DNA of 64,000 bases, taken from assembly GCA_964252035.1 (NCBI GenBank), contig OZ176207.1, one strand, 5' to 3'. The first letter of the stretch is position 1. Every line of letters starts with the position of its first letter. The position numbers were made by a program, and so were the translations under genes. Source of the stretch: Podarcis erhardii. Taxonomy: Eukaryota. The notes beneath the pieces are model-generated. The model saw only the letters and a program-made list of their open reading frames with translations, did not search any database and was not told the DNA's origin. Positions 1-12,900 of the stretch are shown one piece after another.

Positions 1-389
1 TAAAGCCTATTTTATTTTTAAAAATTATTATTATAAACTGTCATGTTTCTGTATTGTCGTGTCCCCATCCTCTTATTCTAAAAATACATAAATCTCAATG
101 TTCATGTAATGTTAAGTTTGGAAGGTTAGCTGACAGTTATTGGTTGCTGTTCTTATTGTTTTGCTTTAGTTTTCTTTGCTCCTTTTAGGTACATTTTGAA
201 ACTTTCCTCAGTTTCAAAATCCATGGGGACAGGCCAGGGTGAGACTGGTGTTTAAGAAAAAGGGCGGTTCTATAATCCCTCTGGGTTAATGTTAATTTAC
301 ATGAAGTTCATGTAAATGAGCTCCCTTTCCAAAAGGTACTGTATTATGTTGTAGTAGAATGGTTCTGGATCACATAAGACATGAACCCA

Positions 390-1031
390 GATCATGAACC
401 AACAGTGTGACGTGGCAGCTAAAAAAGCCAATGCAATTCTGGGCTGCATCAATAGGAGTATAGCATCTAGATCAAGGGAAGTAATAGTGCCACTGTATTC
501 TGCTCTGGTCAGACCTCACCTGGAGTACTGTGTCCAGTTCTGGGCACCACAGTTCAAGAAGGACACTGACAAACTGGAACGTGTCCAGAGGAGGGCAACC
601 AAAATGGTCAAAGGCCTGGAAACGATGCCTTATGAGGAGCGGCTAAGGGAGCTGGGCATGTTTAGCCTGGAGAAGAGGAGGTTAAGGGGTGATATGATAG
701 CCATGTTCAAATATATAAAAGGATGTCACATAGAGGAGGGAGAAAGGTTGTTTTCTGCTGCTCCAGAGAAGCGGACACGGAGCAATGGTTCCAAACTACA
801 AGAAAAAAGATTCCACCTAAACATTAGGAAGAACTTCCTGACAGTAAGAGCTGTTCGACAGTGGAATTTGCTGCCAAGGAGTGTGGTGGAGTCTCCTTCT
901 TTGGAGGTCTTTAAGCAGAGGCTTGACAACCATATGTCAGGAGTGCTCTGATGGTGTTTCCTGCTTGGCAGGGGGTTGGACTCGATGGCCCTTGTGGTCT
1001 CTTCCAACTCTATGATTCTATGATTCTATGA
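390..1031 (+). mobile_element. CR1 LINE, 5'-truncated 3' end (ORF2 C-terminus, 3' UTR, (ATTCTATG)n tail)
   Basis: ORF 394-951 [17 protein letters not shown]...[13 protein letters not shown] is typical CR1 ORF2; terminal CTATGATT repeats at ~1008-1031. Confidence 0.93.
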
Positions 1032-2303
1032 AACTGCAGTAATGCTGTGCCTGTTTCATCATCCTTGAACTATACCTTAAAAGAATTGTAAAACACAATA
1101 TTAAGGCAATGCACTGATGCAAAATGCAAGTTAATGTATTGCTGTTGCTACTGCTGTTATCAGAGGGGGAAATTCTAAAGGTACTGTATTATTCTTAAAA
1201 GTATTGGATTACTCCTGTTACAGAAGTAGGGTTTTTTTACATGAATGACCTTATGATGAAGCATGACCTAATGATGGGTACCAGTTTTATAGGTAACTTT
1301 CTTTCTTCTCTGAATAGGCTCATGTGCTCTTTTTTTATCTCAAGCACAGAGTAAACCCATGCATATTCACTTAGAAAAACGTCCCTCAGGTAAATGTGTA
1401 TAGGATTGCAGGCTCAATCACACAGAAAACTGAATATAAATATTATATTTAGCAAATGCCCTTAATAGTGATGCTCAGTGCTTTAATTTCACCCAGCATT
1501 TGCTCCAAAGGCTCTTGAGCAGAGGTGATTAACCTGTGGCCTTCCAGATGTTGTTGGACTCCAGTGTCATCTGCTCCAGCCAGAAATGCCAAGTGGCTAA
1601 GGATGATGGGAGTTGAAGTCCAGCAAAAGATGGAGGGAAAAGGTTAGCCACACATGCTCTATAGACTGCATCTTCTAACTCATAGAGAAAGCAATAAAAA
1701 GTTCCAGTCTTGAATTTAGTGTTGAACTTGGTCAGATATTTAGACCTACTAGAGTGAGTGGAACTAAATTTGCTTTATTCCTAATAAATCAGTGTTGGTG
1801 GATTATTGATTGAGCTGTATGCATCCCACCACTTTACAGACCAGGGTTGGGGGAACCTGTAGCCCTGTAGATGCTATGCAAAGGTCTTCTTTTTTTGTTG
1901 CTGACCTCGCCCCCCTTCCCATAAGGTGCACCCCCGTACTGCATTGCATGCCATTCTGTCTTTTCAGACAGAGCTGCACCAGAGACGTGGAAAAGACCTA
2001 TTGCATAAGTAGAATTGTGCCTGCAGTTGTTAGGCTCCAAGCCCCTACGTATTCATTACTATGAAATGACTGTTTAACATGGGTAAAATTATGCATGTTT
2101 TCTTGCATTTATTTTGTAGACACAAAACAGAAGGTCACAGAAAACAGATTTCTAGTGACACCCAGTCTCAATTATCTAAGGCTCTCCTGGAAGAAGGCTC
2201 CAAATCAATCATTTCCTGATGTGAAGTCTTCTGGAACATGTCCCCGCAAAATGTTAGTTTGCTCAGAATCCTAAAATCAATATTGTGGTTTCATATTCAG
2301 TCC

Positions 2304-2304
<1 letters not shown>

Positions 2305-2350
<46 letters not shown>
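2305..2350. repeat. (CA)n microsatellite
   Basis: Read directly. Confidence 0.95.
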
Positions 2351-2352
<2 letters not shown>

Positions 2353-3425
2353 CAATGGTACTTGCTTAGAAATGGATATGCTTATGAGTGGAATGTCAAT
2401 GTACTGTGTATGGACTATGAAGATTTACTGAACAAAAAGAAATGAAATATGATAATAAGAGCCATCAACTATTCTTTTAATGATGATAAAGACTGTCCAG
2501 AAGAGATGTATTATCTATATGTATAACACCAATCCCCAGTATTCCACCATTCTCAAGAAGTATCACAATTCTAGTATCCTATGATGAAGAATCATAGCCC
2601 ATAATATAGCTATGCAGAACCAAGAATAGGGCTATGCAGACAGGAACGTATGATAATATCTGGGATCCCCAGGAAGCAAGGAGCAAATTTGGCCTCTTTT
2701 ACTAGTGTACCCCATACATTCCTCCTGTTGCAAGAAGGAAGTGCTATTCTCTCCAGTCTTAAGCACTGGGAAATTGAACACTGTGCCCAGGAGCACTGAA
2801 GTAGAGGTTGAAAAACACATCTGACAATAGGTGATGAGTTCTCACTAGAGAGAATCTGGGGCAGGGAACTTCAGGCAAATACCTCCCATATTTCTTGTCA
2901 TAATGGCAGGAATGTTGCTGTTGTTGCTAGTCTCATATAAATGATAGGAAGCAAGAATCATCAAACAATTAGGAATTCATGGCACAAACTATGTATCATA
3001 ATGATTTCACAAAGCATTTAAATGAATAAATATGAAATCTGTGCTGAAACCAACATGCACAGGCAAGTTTGAGCTTAGGTAGGATATGGATCAATTGCAA
3101 AGAACATGTCAAAGAAGGTAGTAAAATAATATACACAGAACCACACCTTTTTTTGAGTCTTCAGATACAGATGACATACATGGCACTTAGTTCTATGTAA
3201 GTCATAAGCACAGTATTTCCAGTGAATAAATTAATATTGGGAGAGAAGCTCAACCTCCTCCTCCTCTTCTTCAAACAATAAATTGAATGAACCAGCTTAT
3301 CTAGCTGGTTGTAATACAAATAAAGAATATCTGTTCAAGATGCGTTGGATGAACAAGATTCACCTCCAGGCTGGATTACTGCAGTGTGCTGTATGTGGGG
3401 CTGCTTTGAAGGCTGTTCAGGAACT

Positions 3426-4890
3426 TAGAATCACAGTTGAAAGAGACCCAAGGGTCATCTAGTCCAACCCCCTGCAGTGCAGGAATCCCAACTAAAGCAA
3501 CCATGACAGGTGGTCATCCAACTTCTGCTTTAAAACTTCCAGTAAAGGAAAGTCCACAACCTCCCGAGGGAGTTCATTCCACTGTGTGACACCTTTTACT
3601 GTCAAAAAGTTATTTCTGATGCTTAGTCAGAATCTCCTTTCTTGTTGAAGCCATTGATTCAGGTCCTACCCTCTGGAGCAGGAGAAAACAAGCTTGCTCT
3701 ATCTTCCACCTGACAGCCGTTAAGATATTTGAAGATGGCCATCATCTCTCTTCTCAGTCTCCCTTTTTCCAGGCTAAACATACCCAACTCTCTCAAGGGT
3801 TCTTCTTAAGGCTTGGTTTCCTTGATCATCTTGATTGCCCATCTCCGCACACGTTCCAGCTTGTCAGTATCCTTCCTCAATTGTTGTGCCTAGAACTGGA
3901 AGCAGTGCTCCAGGTGTGGTTTGAGGCAGAACAGAGAGTTCTTTTACTTTCTTTGATCTGGACACTATACTTCTCTTGATGCAGCCTAGGAAAGGTACCC
4001 CTGCCCGTACGGGCCAGTCTTGCCAGACTCTAGGGTTGTGTGCTCATCTCACTCTATAGGCCGGGAGCCAGCGCTGTCCGCAGACACTTCCGGGTCACGT
4101 GGCCAGTGTGACAAGCTGCATCTGGCGAGCCAGCGCAGCACACGGAACGCCGTTTACCTTCCCGCTGGTAAGCGGTCCCTATTTATCTACTTGCACCCGG
4201 GGGTGCTTTCGAACTGCTAGGTTGGCAGGTGCTGGGACTGAACGACAGGAGCGCATCCCACCGCGAGGATTCGAACCGCCGACCATGCGATCGGCAAGTC
4301 CTAGGCGCTGAGGTTTTACCCACAGCGCCACCCGTGTCCCACGGGTAGCAGCCTCGGATAGCATTAGCATTTTCTGCTGCTGTATCACACTGTTGACTCA
4401 TGTTATATTTGTGGTCTATTAAGACCCTCAGATCCTTTTCACATGTACTACTGGCAAACCAGGTGTCTCTCATCTTATATTTTTGCAGATGGTTATTCCT
4501 ACCTAAGTGTAGAACCTTACATTCATCCCTATTAAATTTCATTTACTTAGTTTTTGCCCAGTTCTCCAATCTGTTAAGGTCATACTGAATCCCAGTTCTG
4601 TCTTCTGTGGCATTCACTACCCTTCCCTGTTTGGTGTCATCTGCAAATTTGATGAGCATCCCCTCAATACCTGGACAGAACCCTGCAGGACTCATGTGTC
4701 CCTTTTTTCCAGGGTGTTGAGGAACCATTAGTTCTAGGATCTTTCCTGGTATCAATGTTAAGCTTACCAGTTGGTAGTTACCTGGGTCTTCTTTCACTCC
4801 CCTTTTGAAGATGAGGACAACATTTGCCCATCTCCAGCCTGCAGGGACCTCACCTGTCCTCCAATACTTTTCCAAGATTATAGACAGTTC
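3426..4890 (-). mobile_element. Degraded CR1 LINE with internal deletions, interrupted by a Sauria SINE
   Basis: Minus-strand peptides WRTGEVP..WRWANVVLIFKRG.KEDPGNY, LIKFADDTK, MKFNRDECKVLHLG; 3' tail at ~3426. Confidence 0.88.
3991..4340 (-). mobile_element. Sauria SINE (near full length)
   Basis: tRNA-derived head GGGACACGGGTGGCGCTGTGGG..GGTTCGAATCC, core AGCAGTTCGAAAGCAC..GTAGATAAATAGG; approximate TSD GCAGCCT(A/C)GGA. Confidence 0.9.
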
Positions 4891-4940
4891 TGCTTTTGAT
4901 CTTTGAAAACCATATACAGTACCGCTCAGGATGCTTGCAC

Positions 4941-5032
4941 CATCAGTAGAGCATGAGACTCTTAATCTTAGGGTTGTGCGTTCGAACTCCATGTTGCGCA
5001 AAAGATTCCTGCATTGCAGGGGTTGGACCAGA
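4941..5032 (+). mobile_element. tRNA(Lys)-derived SINE with CR1-like 3' end (partial)
   Basis: GTAGAGCATGAGACTCTTAATCT..GTTCGA head joined to CCTGCATTGCAGGGGTTGGAC CR1 3' UTR sequence. Confidence 0.75.
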
Positions 5033-7808
5033 TCTCCTTATTTGTGAGTGGCAAGTTAACCAAGTAATTTTCAGAGAGATATGCCTTTCTTTTGCACATA
5101 ACTCTTGCAAAATAAGCAAATGGGTGTGTTTTAAATGAAAAATATGTGGCGGTAACTGAGCTTCTTGGCCTATCAAGTGTATTCTACATATTTTTCCAAA
5201 TGGCTTGAAAAATTTGCATGGAATCTGCCTTAGATGAATCACATCTCTTGCATTTATCAGCGCTAGCTGAGTAAAGCTTAGTTGGCTTGTGCACCATTTG
5301 CTTATAAGATTCATTAACTTAGGGCATGTAATTAACAGCTGAAATTCAGATTTTGTTTGTAAATGCCTATATTTAAGTATAGGTTGATTTATAATATGCC
5401 TTAGCTGAAAATATTGGAACATCTGGATGATATACATTCATTCTATTCTTTACTGTCTCATACAATATCACATATTTTCCATCACCAAATTTTGCAATTA
5501 AGTTAAAGGTCATAGTCCCACTGGACATATGATAAACCTTGTAATTTGCAAGTTTCTTTTAGTTATAATTCTTTCCTCAACATGTAAAAAAATTGCATAA
5601 CTTATACTTTATGTTGATGTTAAACTAACTTTTGTCCCTCTTTAGCTTCCTTGTACAATTTTGATCTTTTATTTTTAAAAAAGTAGGCAAGATATGTAAG
5701 CCACAAAGAGAGCATTTTACTGGGCCATTTAACTTCTGGAGAAAAAAGAAGCCTTCCATGTATTTTTTAATATAAGCAAATTATCTGTGCAAGTAATTAA
5801 GTAAGATTTTTCTGTGCAAATCCTATGGGTGTGAAGAAGCAACTAGTGCCATCACCCCTAGTGGGACTTGTTCTATGTTCACTCAAGGCATGTGGGGCTA
5901 AGAAGCCCTGTATGTAACCTGCTGACTCTATTCCAAAAGTTTTAAAGAAAAAATGGGGGAGGGATAAAAGAGGCATATAAGCTTTCGGCCACCACATAAG
6001 TACTTTTAAATGTTTTTTTCCAGGCAGATTTTTAAGGATGTGACATCAAAAATCTGCCTGGAAACAGGTTGAGGCAGACTATATTCTATCCCCTCTGAGA
6101 TCTGAGAAGGACCAGACTTTAATGGGTCTGGTGGTTTACAGGCGGTTTATTCTCTAGTATTCTAATGTTAATGCTCTTGTCTAAAACTATTTGAACCATG
6201 ATTGTTTTGCCAAGTGTATGTACATACATTAGCTTTTAATTTCAGAGCAGTCAGTCATATTTTTTTTATTAAGTGTTTGTTCCTTCTCCAGTTCTTAAAG
6301 CAATTATCTGAATCTAGATAATCCAAAACAGGTTATAAAGGAGATATGTGCATGCTTAATAACCACTTATTACAATGCCATACCTTTAATCAATGTGAAA
6401 TTAAAGAGTTTTTGTTAATTTTGGTAAATTGGTTCTATCCCCTCACAGTGTTTTATGCAATGGAGATTTTAGGGGTTCTCCTAAATTTGCAATACTGAGG
6501 AATCTGGAGTCCATGTCCAGTGTACTAAAGTAGCATTGCTCATAGACGATGTTCACATTTAGAACCAACAACCCACCCCTATTTATTCAGCATGAAAATC
6601 CTTTGCTTGTTTTTTTTCCTTATTTTAGATATACTTTTATATAAGATATTGCCCCTTTTTGATTTGCTGGTTTGTTATCCTAACTGAAAGTGTCCAATTC
6701 TTGATTTTTTAAAAAAACCAATATTGGTAGTAATACCATTTTTTACCATAGTTATTCTTCCTGGAAAGTAGTTTCCCCTAGTGTATTATAAAACCTTCAC
6801 ACTCTTTATAAAAGGATTCATGATTATTTGCATGGCGACCACAAATTCAAGATCATTCCATTGAAAAGTGGGATATATGTGCATTTATTTGAATGAATAA
6901 AATTTCATTCTCCTCTTACATTTATAACAAATGGAATTGTGAATATTTCATGCTTTGATAATATAACTGCCAAATGCAAAGTCCCTTTACAATGGCCAGG
7001 TATGATAGGAGTTGTTATCCAAAGTATCTGGAAAGATCACCAAGGTTGATTTAGCTAGTACTCTGAAGCTCCTCTTTTCTGAAGCAAGGAACCCCCACCA
7101 TCATTTACAAATCAATAGGTTTATAAGGATGATATTTAAATTAATCAATGTCCTTTGAATAAAGGACAACTGAAAACCTTGGTGATGAAATGGAAGGCTA
7201 GAGCTTCTTCTATAAATAGAAAAGAATTGTTTTATATTAATTTAATTGGGATCCCGGCAATCAAGAAAGATATGGTAGATGAGACAAAGTGGCATGGCTG
7301 ACTGGGGAGCATGGTCCTTGAATGAGGAGGCCAGAATCTTTGCACTGGTCTTGGCTGAAAGCTCACTGCTTCAGCCTCTAGCTTAAGATTCTATGAAACC
7401 AAGAATTATCTCTGTGAAACCAAAAACAATTTAGTCCTAAGCAATTGGGAAGGGAAGGGCAAGCCCAGGAGCCCAATCCATCCAACTTCTCCCTTTCCCC
7501 CAGCATTTCACCAGGGCAAGGAAAGTCTGAAATGAAATAGAGCACGTTCCACAAGTCTCTTTCAGGACAAGCCCCATGACATTTAGCAAGAGAGCTGAAT
7601 TAACAACCCGGCCCTTCTTAGACAGCAAAAGCTTTAAGTGAAAGGGAAGAAAAGGAAGAAAGTTGCATTCACTTTTTGCACCATATACTCGCTGCTGCTG
7701 CTGCCTTGCAGTGTTTCCTTTCACCCTGACTCCTCTGGGGACTATCACCAGACCCAGCAAGTCAGTAGCTGGAAAAGCCCTGCAGCCCACTGAATTTCTA
7801 TACTGGAA

Positions 7809-7889
7809 ATGGTGCTACTAGCTGTAAGATGGTCTAAAGGCAGCATCTTATGTAGAGCTATCTGGCTACAGCTTCTCTTCAGTCTACTG
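7809..7889 (+). CDS. DSC1: Gene A exon 1 (signal peptide MVLLAVRWSKGSILCRAIWLQLLFSLL)
   Basis: ATG, 27 codons, CTG|GTGAGT donor, phase 0 as in DSC exon 1; not in ORF track. Confidence 0.8.
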
Positions 7890-9899
7890 GTGAGTAGAAC
7901 AGAATGTTGAATTGGTTGTATATCAATAGTAAGTAGTCAGAATTCATCATGAAATAAAGGGACCAAATAAAATCTATGTAGATATTTGTATTGAACTATT
8001 CTTTGCCAAAGACTACGGCCATTATAGAGCTGTTCTCTGGAGTATGGTGAGAATAGTATCTGCTAAAATAAAGAACATCTGCTTTATTTTATGTAGCTGA
8101 TGTAGTTTTAAATATGTTGCATGTCTTAGTACAGGAGACATCCCTTACACTGACTCTTGGCAATGCTGAATACGAAACAGTTGCTATTATTATTTAAACT
8201 TCTTGCAACAATTCCAGTATGCCTTTCTAATTGTCAAAATAACACTGAAAGTCTAAAGATCATTGTGGGGTCCTATTTATTGTTTTTAAAACGGTATGCT
8301 AATAAGCTGATTACATCTAAAGTAATTGATGCATGGAACTGTTTGGTACAGTTTACTGGAATCACTGTGTTCCAGCATCAGGGATATTAATTTTGATTTA
8401 AGGAACTTTAATATTCTGATATCAACAAACTTTTGAGAGGTCTGGAAAGTTACCATCACAGAAAATGTCTAAGCCTGAAATCCTGTGCCCATTTATCTGG
8501 GAGTAAGCCCTAATGAACTTAAATGAATTTACTTCTGAGTAGATATGAATAGAATTGTGCTCTAAGTATTCTATATTAATTTCTTTGCATCAGGTATTGG
8601 CTCTCTTCAGAATTTTTTAGAAGGGGAAATACTCAGTGACAGATAATATCAGCAGGATTGTTTCTGCATTTGTACTGAAATATTATAATAAGGATTATGC
8701 TAAAATAAATGAGTTTTTATTTGATTCTTTGGGCAAAGTCCTAGTTAAATGTGTGTGTGTGTGGGGGGGGGGACAATTTCTGGTTTTGTTAAATTCTCTT
8801 GTATTTATTTCTTGTGGGAATTTATGGTCAGTAAATTATTGCTGAGATCCTATCCTGGCTATGTATTGGAAGTGGTTTGTAATATTTAATAAGAATATGA
8901 TTGCAGATAGAGATATTTATGGTCATTCTGAACAAGGAGTCTGTTATGTTACTCTATTTACATAAAATAAAAAAGGAGAAGAAAAAGCAGAGAGCCAATT
9001 GTCAGAAATGATGGGAGTTGTAGCCAATAAAGGCCACAGATTTCCTACCCCTGAGGCAAAGGAAATGAGACTGGGGCCAGACCACAAATCAGGAGAAATT
9101 TGGTTCGGTATTAGAACTTGTACTAAATAAAATAAAACAAAAAGTTGGAGATAAGGAATTTATGAAAAACCTGGCCATGTCAGGGACACAACAGGAGTGC
9201 AATATGTAATGCACATCATCACATTTAGGAACTTCCAGGAAAAGACTCACATCCTTTCACTTCAGTCAATTCAAACCATTAGGAAGGCATATGGTATAGG
9301 TCATATATGACTGTACAACTTCTGAATGAATGTGGGGCGGGGGTTGCTTGTTTTTAGTTTTGGCTGAGATCTGAAGGTTTGTGTCTGACTCTTACACCTT
9401 GTTTGGGCCTTTGGATTGGAACAACTATTGACTAGTTGCAAATACACCCTTTTGGGAGAAGGTGATAGAGGCTGTGGTGGAATAGCTGCACATTTTTGGA
9501 GGACACAGATTATCTGGGCCACAGAACCGAGTTGCTCTTGGTCGTCTTGATGGATGACCTCTGCAGAGTGTGACCTTGCTCCTGCTTCTTGATCTCTCAA
9601 CAGCATTTGATACCATCAACCAAGGTATCCTCCTGGAACAACTCCAGGGAATGGGAATTGCAGGCACCATATTACAGTGGTACCTTGGTTCTGAAATTTA
9701 ATCCATTCCAGAAGTCCGTTCCAAAACCAAAGCATTCCAAAACTAAGGTGCGCTTTCCCATAGAAAGTAATGCAAAATGGATTAATCCGTTCTAGACTTT
9801 TAAAAACAACCCCTAAAACATCAATTTAACATGAATTTTACTATCCCATGAGACCATTAATTCATAAAATGAAAGCAATAAACAATGTACTGCAGTCAC

Positions 9900-9930
<31 letters not shown>

Positions 9931-12900
9931 GTAGCTGAACTGGGTTTCACACAGTCACAAAAACAAAACAAAAAAGCCACAAAAACAAAAATGCAAAATA
10001 AATAGCAAAAACAGACAGACCTCAGCTTAACAATCAAAACGGAAGTGTGGCACTCAAATCAGAAGTGTAACACTCAAAACAGAGCATGTTTGGCTTCCAA
10101 AAAATGTTCACAAACTGGAACACTTACTTCTGGGTTTGCAGTGTTTGGGTTCCAAGCTGTTTGAGTACCAAGGCATTTGAGAACAAAGGTAGCACTGTAC
10201 AGTGGTTCTGATCCTACCTTTGGGACCGAGTTCAGAGAGTAGCATTGAGAGATTGCTATTTAACATCTCCATTGCTATTTAACATCTCCATTGCTATTTA
10301 ACATCTACATGAAGTCTCCATTGCTATTTAACATCTACATTGCTATTTAACATCTACATTGCTATTTAACATCTACATGAAGTCACTGTGAGCAGTCATT
10401 GGGAGTTTTAGAGTGAGGTGCCAGCAGTCCCCCCTTGCCTCCACAGGTCCTCAGCAGTCCCCCCTTGCCTCCACAGCGGCCCCTCTAGGAGGCACTGCTG
10501 GTCTCCTTCCACCCTGCTCCCAATGTTATTATTTATCTCACCCTTGTTCCTGATGTAAACCTTGACTCCCTCTTCTTCCCTGGTGATGGGAGGGGGGCAC
10601 CATTTTATGATTTGCCTCAGGTGCCAAAATGACTTGGGCTGGCCTTGAAGCAGCAGGTTCACAGTTTGGGGATGCTTCTAGATCCAGCTCTGTCACTAGA
10701 GGCTCAGACAGCCGCAGTGGCTAGAAGTGCCTTTTACCAAGGGCAGCTGGTTCAACAGCGACGGCCATTCCTGGACCAGGAAAGCCTTGCCACAATAGTT
10801 TATGCGTTGGTAACTTCAAGACTGGACTATTGCAATGTGCTCTATGTGGGGGCTTCCCTCACGCTTGATGCTGAAGCTGCAGCTAGTGCAGATGTTTATA
10901 AAATTTGTAGGAGTTTTAATATTTTTAGTCTTTTATTGTGGTTTTAACCTTTTTATGTTTTAAATTACAGCTGTATAATTTTTAGTTACAATTTCATTGT
11001 TTTATCCTTTTTGTAAACCACTGAGGTTTTTTCTACAAGCAAGCAGTATATAAATATAAATAAATAAAACAAAGGGAAGCTTTGTAACACATGGTTTGCA
11101 ATATATTTCCCCCTAGTCCATTCATACATCTTGAATGTGATTAGATGCTGAATGATACATCATTTACTTTTTACCAGAACTAATATTCTCTTCCTGCATT
11201 TGCTTGCTTTAATGATGTCTCTTGCAAGTGCAATACAAATATTGGTGGCTTGTAATACTAATCTGAAATACGATACAAGAAGTCTGGCTTCCAAAGTTCT
11301 TCTCTAAGTATTACAAAATATGGTCTGGAGAATAATATACATCCAGCTTCCTGCCGACTCCCTTACCCACTTAATTTCCTTGCAGCTTCAGAAATGGTGG
11401 AATGGAAACAGGAAGCGGGTCCCTCTCCATTCTTCCTTGGTTCCTGACTAATGGCCATAGCAGCAAGTAAAGCATAACAGAAAGAGTGAAGAGGGAGATA
11501 CACTCCTGTCACTCTTGCTTCAAGACCACCATTGTAGGAACACCAAACCTAGTTAGTGGGAAGACAGGAGATGGCTTGCAAACAGATGGTAAAATCATGG
11601 GAAGAAGGAAGGGAATTAAGGGGCTCACTGGGCTGGGGGAAACTGTTGCATTCCTGAAAATATAATTAGGGATATGAGGGATGGAGTTTGAGTTTTTTTC
11701 CCAGTTTTGAGGGAAACTGTTCCATATTCCAAGCCCAGTTTATTTATTTATTTCACTACATTTATACAGTATATCACTTGACTGCAATAAAATCTCTAAG
11801 CAGTTTGCAAAATTCCAAGGACAATATTCTTCATTACTGATATGTTTAATTCTCTCTCTTTGTGTGTTAACTTTTAGTAGAGCCTTTGAGTAGAGTCTCT
11901 TATTTGGTGTAAAGGAACCTGAAGCAACATATATTTTGAAGATATATGAGATCCATTAATGGACATTTTGCTTCTCAAATGAACCCTTTACAATTCACTG
12001 GTCTTTTGAATTTGGGGTCAGCAAAGAAATTTGCTGGAATGAGGAATACAGGACTGGGCTATGAGAACTCTACAGTTCCACTGATGTAGATGTTTGTTGT
12101 CATCAAAGCAAACTAACTGCTGAATACTTTTAGAATTTAAATAACAAGCCAATCAATACAAAGTTTGTATTGAAATAATTTTGTTGCTTCATGAAAAAAG
12201 AATATTTAAGGTTTTGGTCTCTCTCTCTCTTTAAGGTATTGAGTTTATCTTCTGAAGCTTGCAAGAAAGTAACTTTTCATGTCCCTCATAATCTAAAGGC
12301 AGGGGCATTTGTTGGCCAAGGTGAGAATCCAATAATGCGTTGTTGCTGTTGTTGTCAAATATGTACTATTTGAAAACCAATAATATATAGGGAAATTAAA
12401 ATTTAACCTGAGTTGTTTCCAGATTCTGGAGTTCAAATTCTAAGGTTACCTAAATTATCCTACATATTATGTGAATTGTACCGATCCGGAGGACAATAGG
12501 TTATGGGGAGTGCCCAGACCACCTGTGCCATCAACAGCTAATTAATTTTTGGCCAGGGCAGTGGGGACTCCTCTGCCTGTATATCATAAATTTGATTTGG
12601 CACTAAATACAGTTTTAGGCACCTTTGTTTGGAATTACGTCCTTGTAAACTATTTTTCCTCCTCATTTCAACTAGTCCTTTAAATTTATATTTTCCTACA
12701 GTAAACATGAAACAGTGTCTTAATCATTCTGAAATTATTTACTCAAACAATCCCAATTTCACAATTCAAGAAGATGGCTCATTGTATACAACAAGGGATG
12801 TTTCCCTGACTTCCCATGAAATCATCATCACCATATTTCTTAAAAGCAATCATGAACAGGAACAAAAGAAGATACATATTAGTTTGCTCACACATTCCAA

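Larger units (their letters stand above)
9540..11070 (+). mobile_element. Fragmented L2-type LINE (RT region to 3' end) in gene A intron 1, with nested insertions
   Basis: LLLLDLSTAFDTINQGILL (9580-9640), LQWF..YL (10198+), LFNIYMK, LVTSRLDYCNVLYVG (10800-10850), A-rich tail at ~11050. Confidence 0.8.

Noticed and set aside
4941-5000. tRNA-Lys-like sequence (also 60750-60806 and the Sauria SINE head)
   Set aside because: Acceptor stem incomplete and fused to a LINE-derived tail; these are SINE heads, not tRNA genes.
7210-7219. CTATAAATAG (TATA/MEF2-like) about 600 nt upstream of gene A
   Set aside because: A single short match in AT-rich DNA is expected by chance; no start-site evidence.
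10252-10384. CRISPR-like array
   Set aside because: No unique spacers, eukaryotic context, and the unit derives from L2 sequence.
11394-11470. Alternative first exon for gene A (ATG..CAA|GTAAAG)
   Set aside because: Both ATG frames hit stops or give no signal peptide; 7809-7889 fits DSC exon 1 much better.
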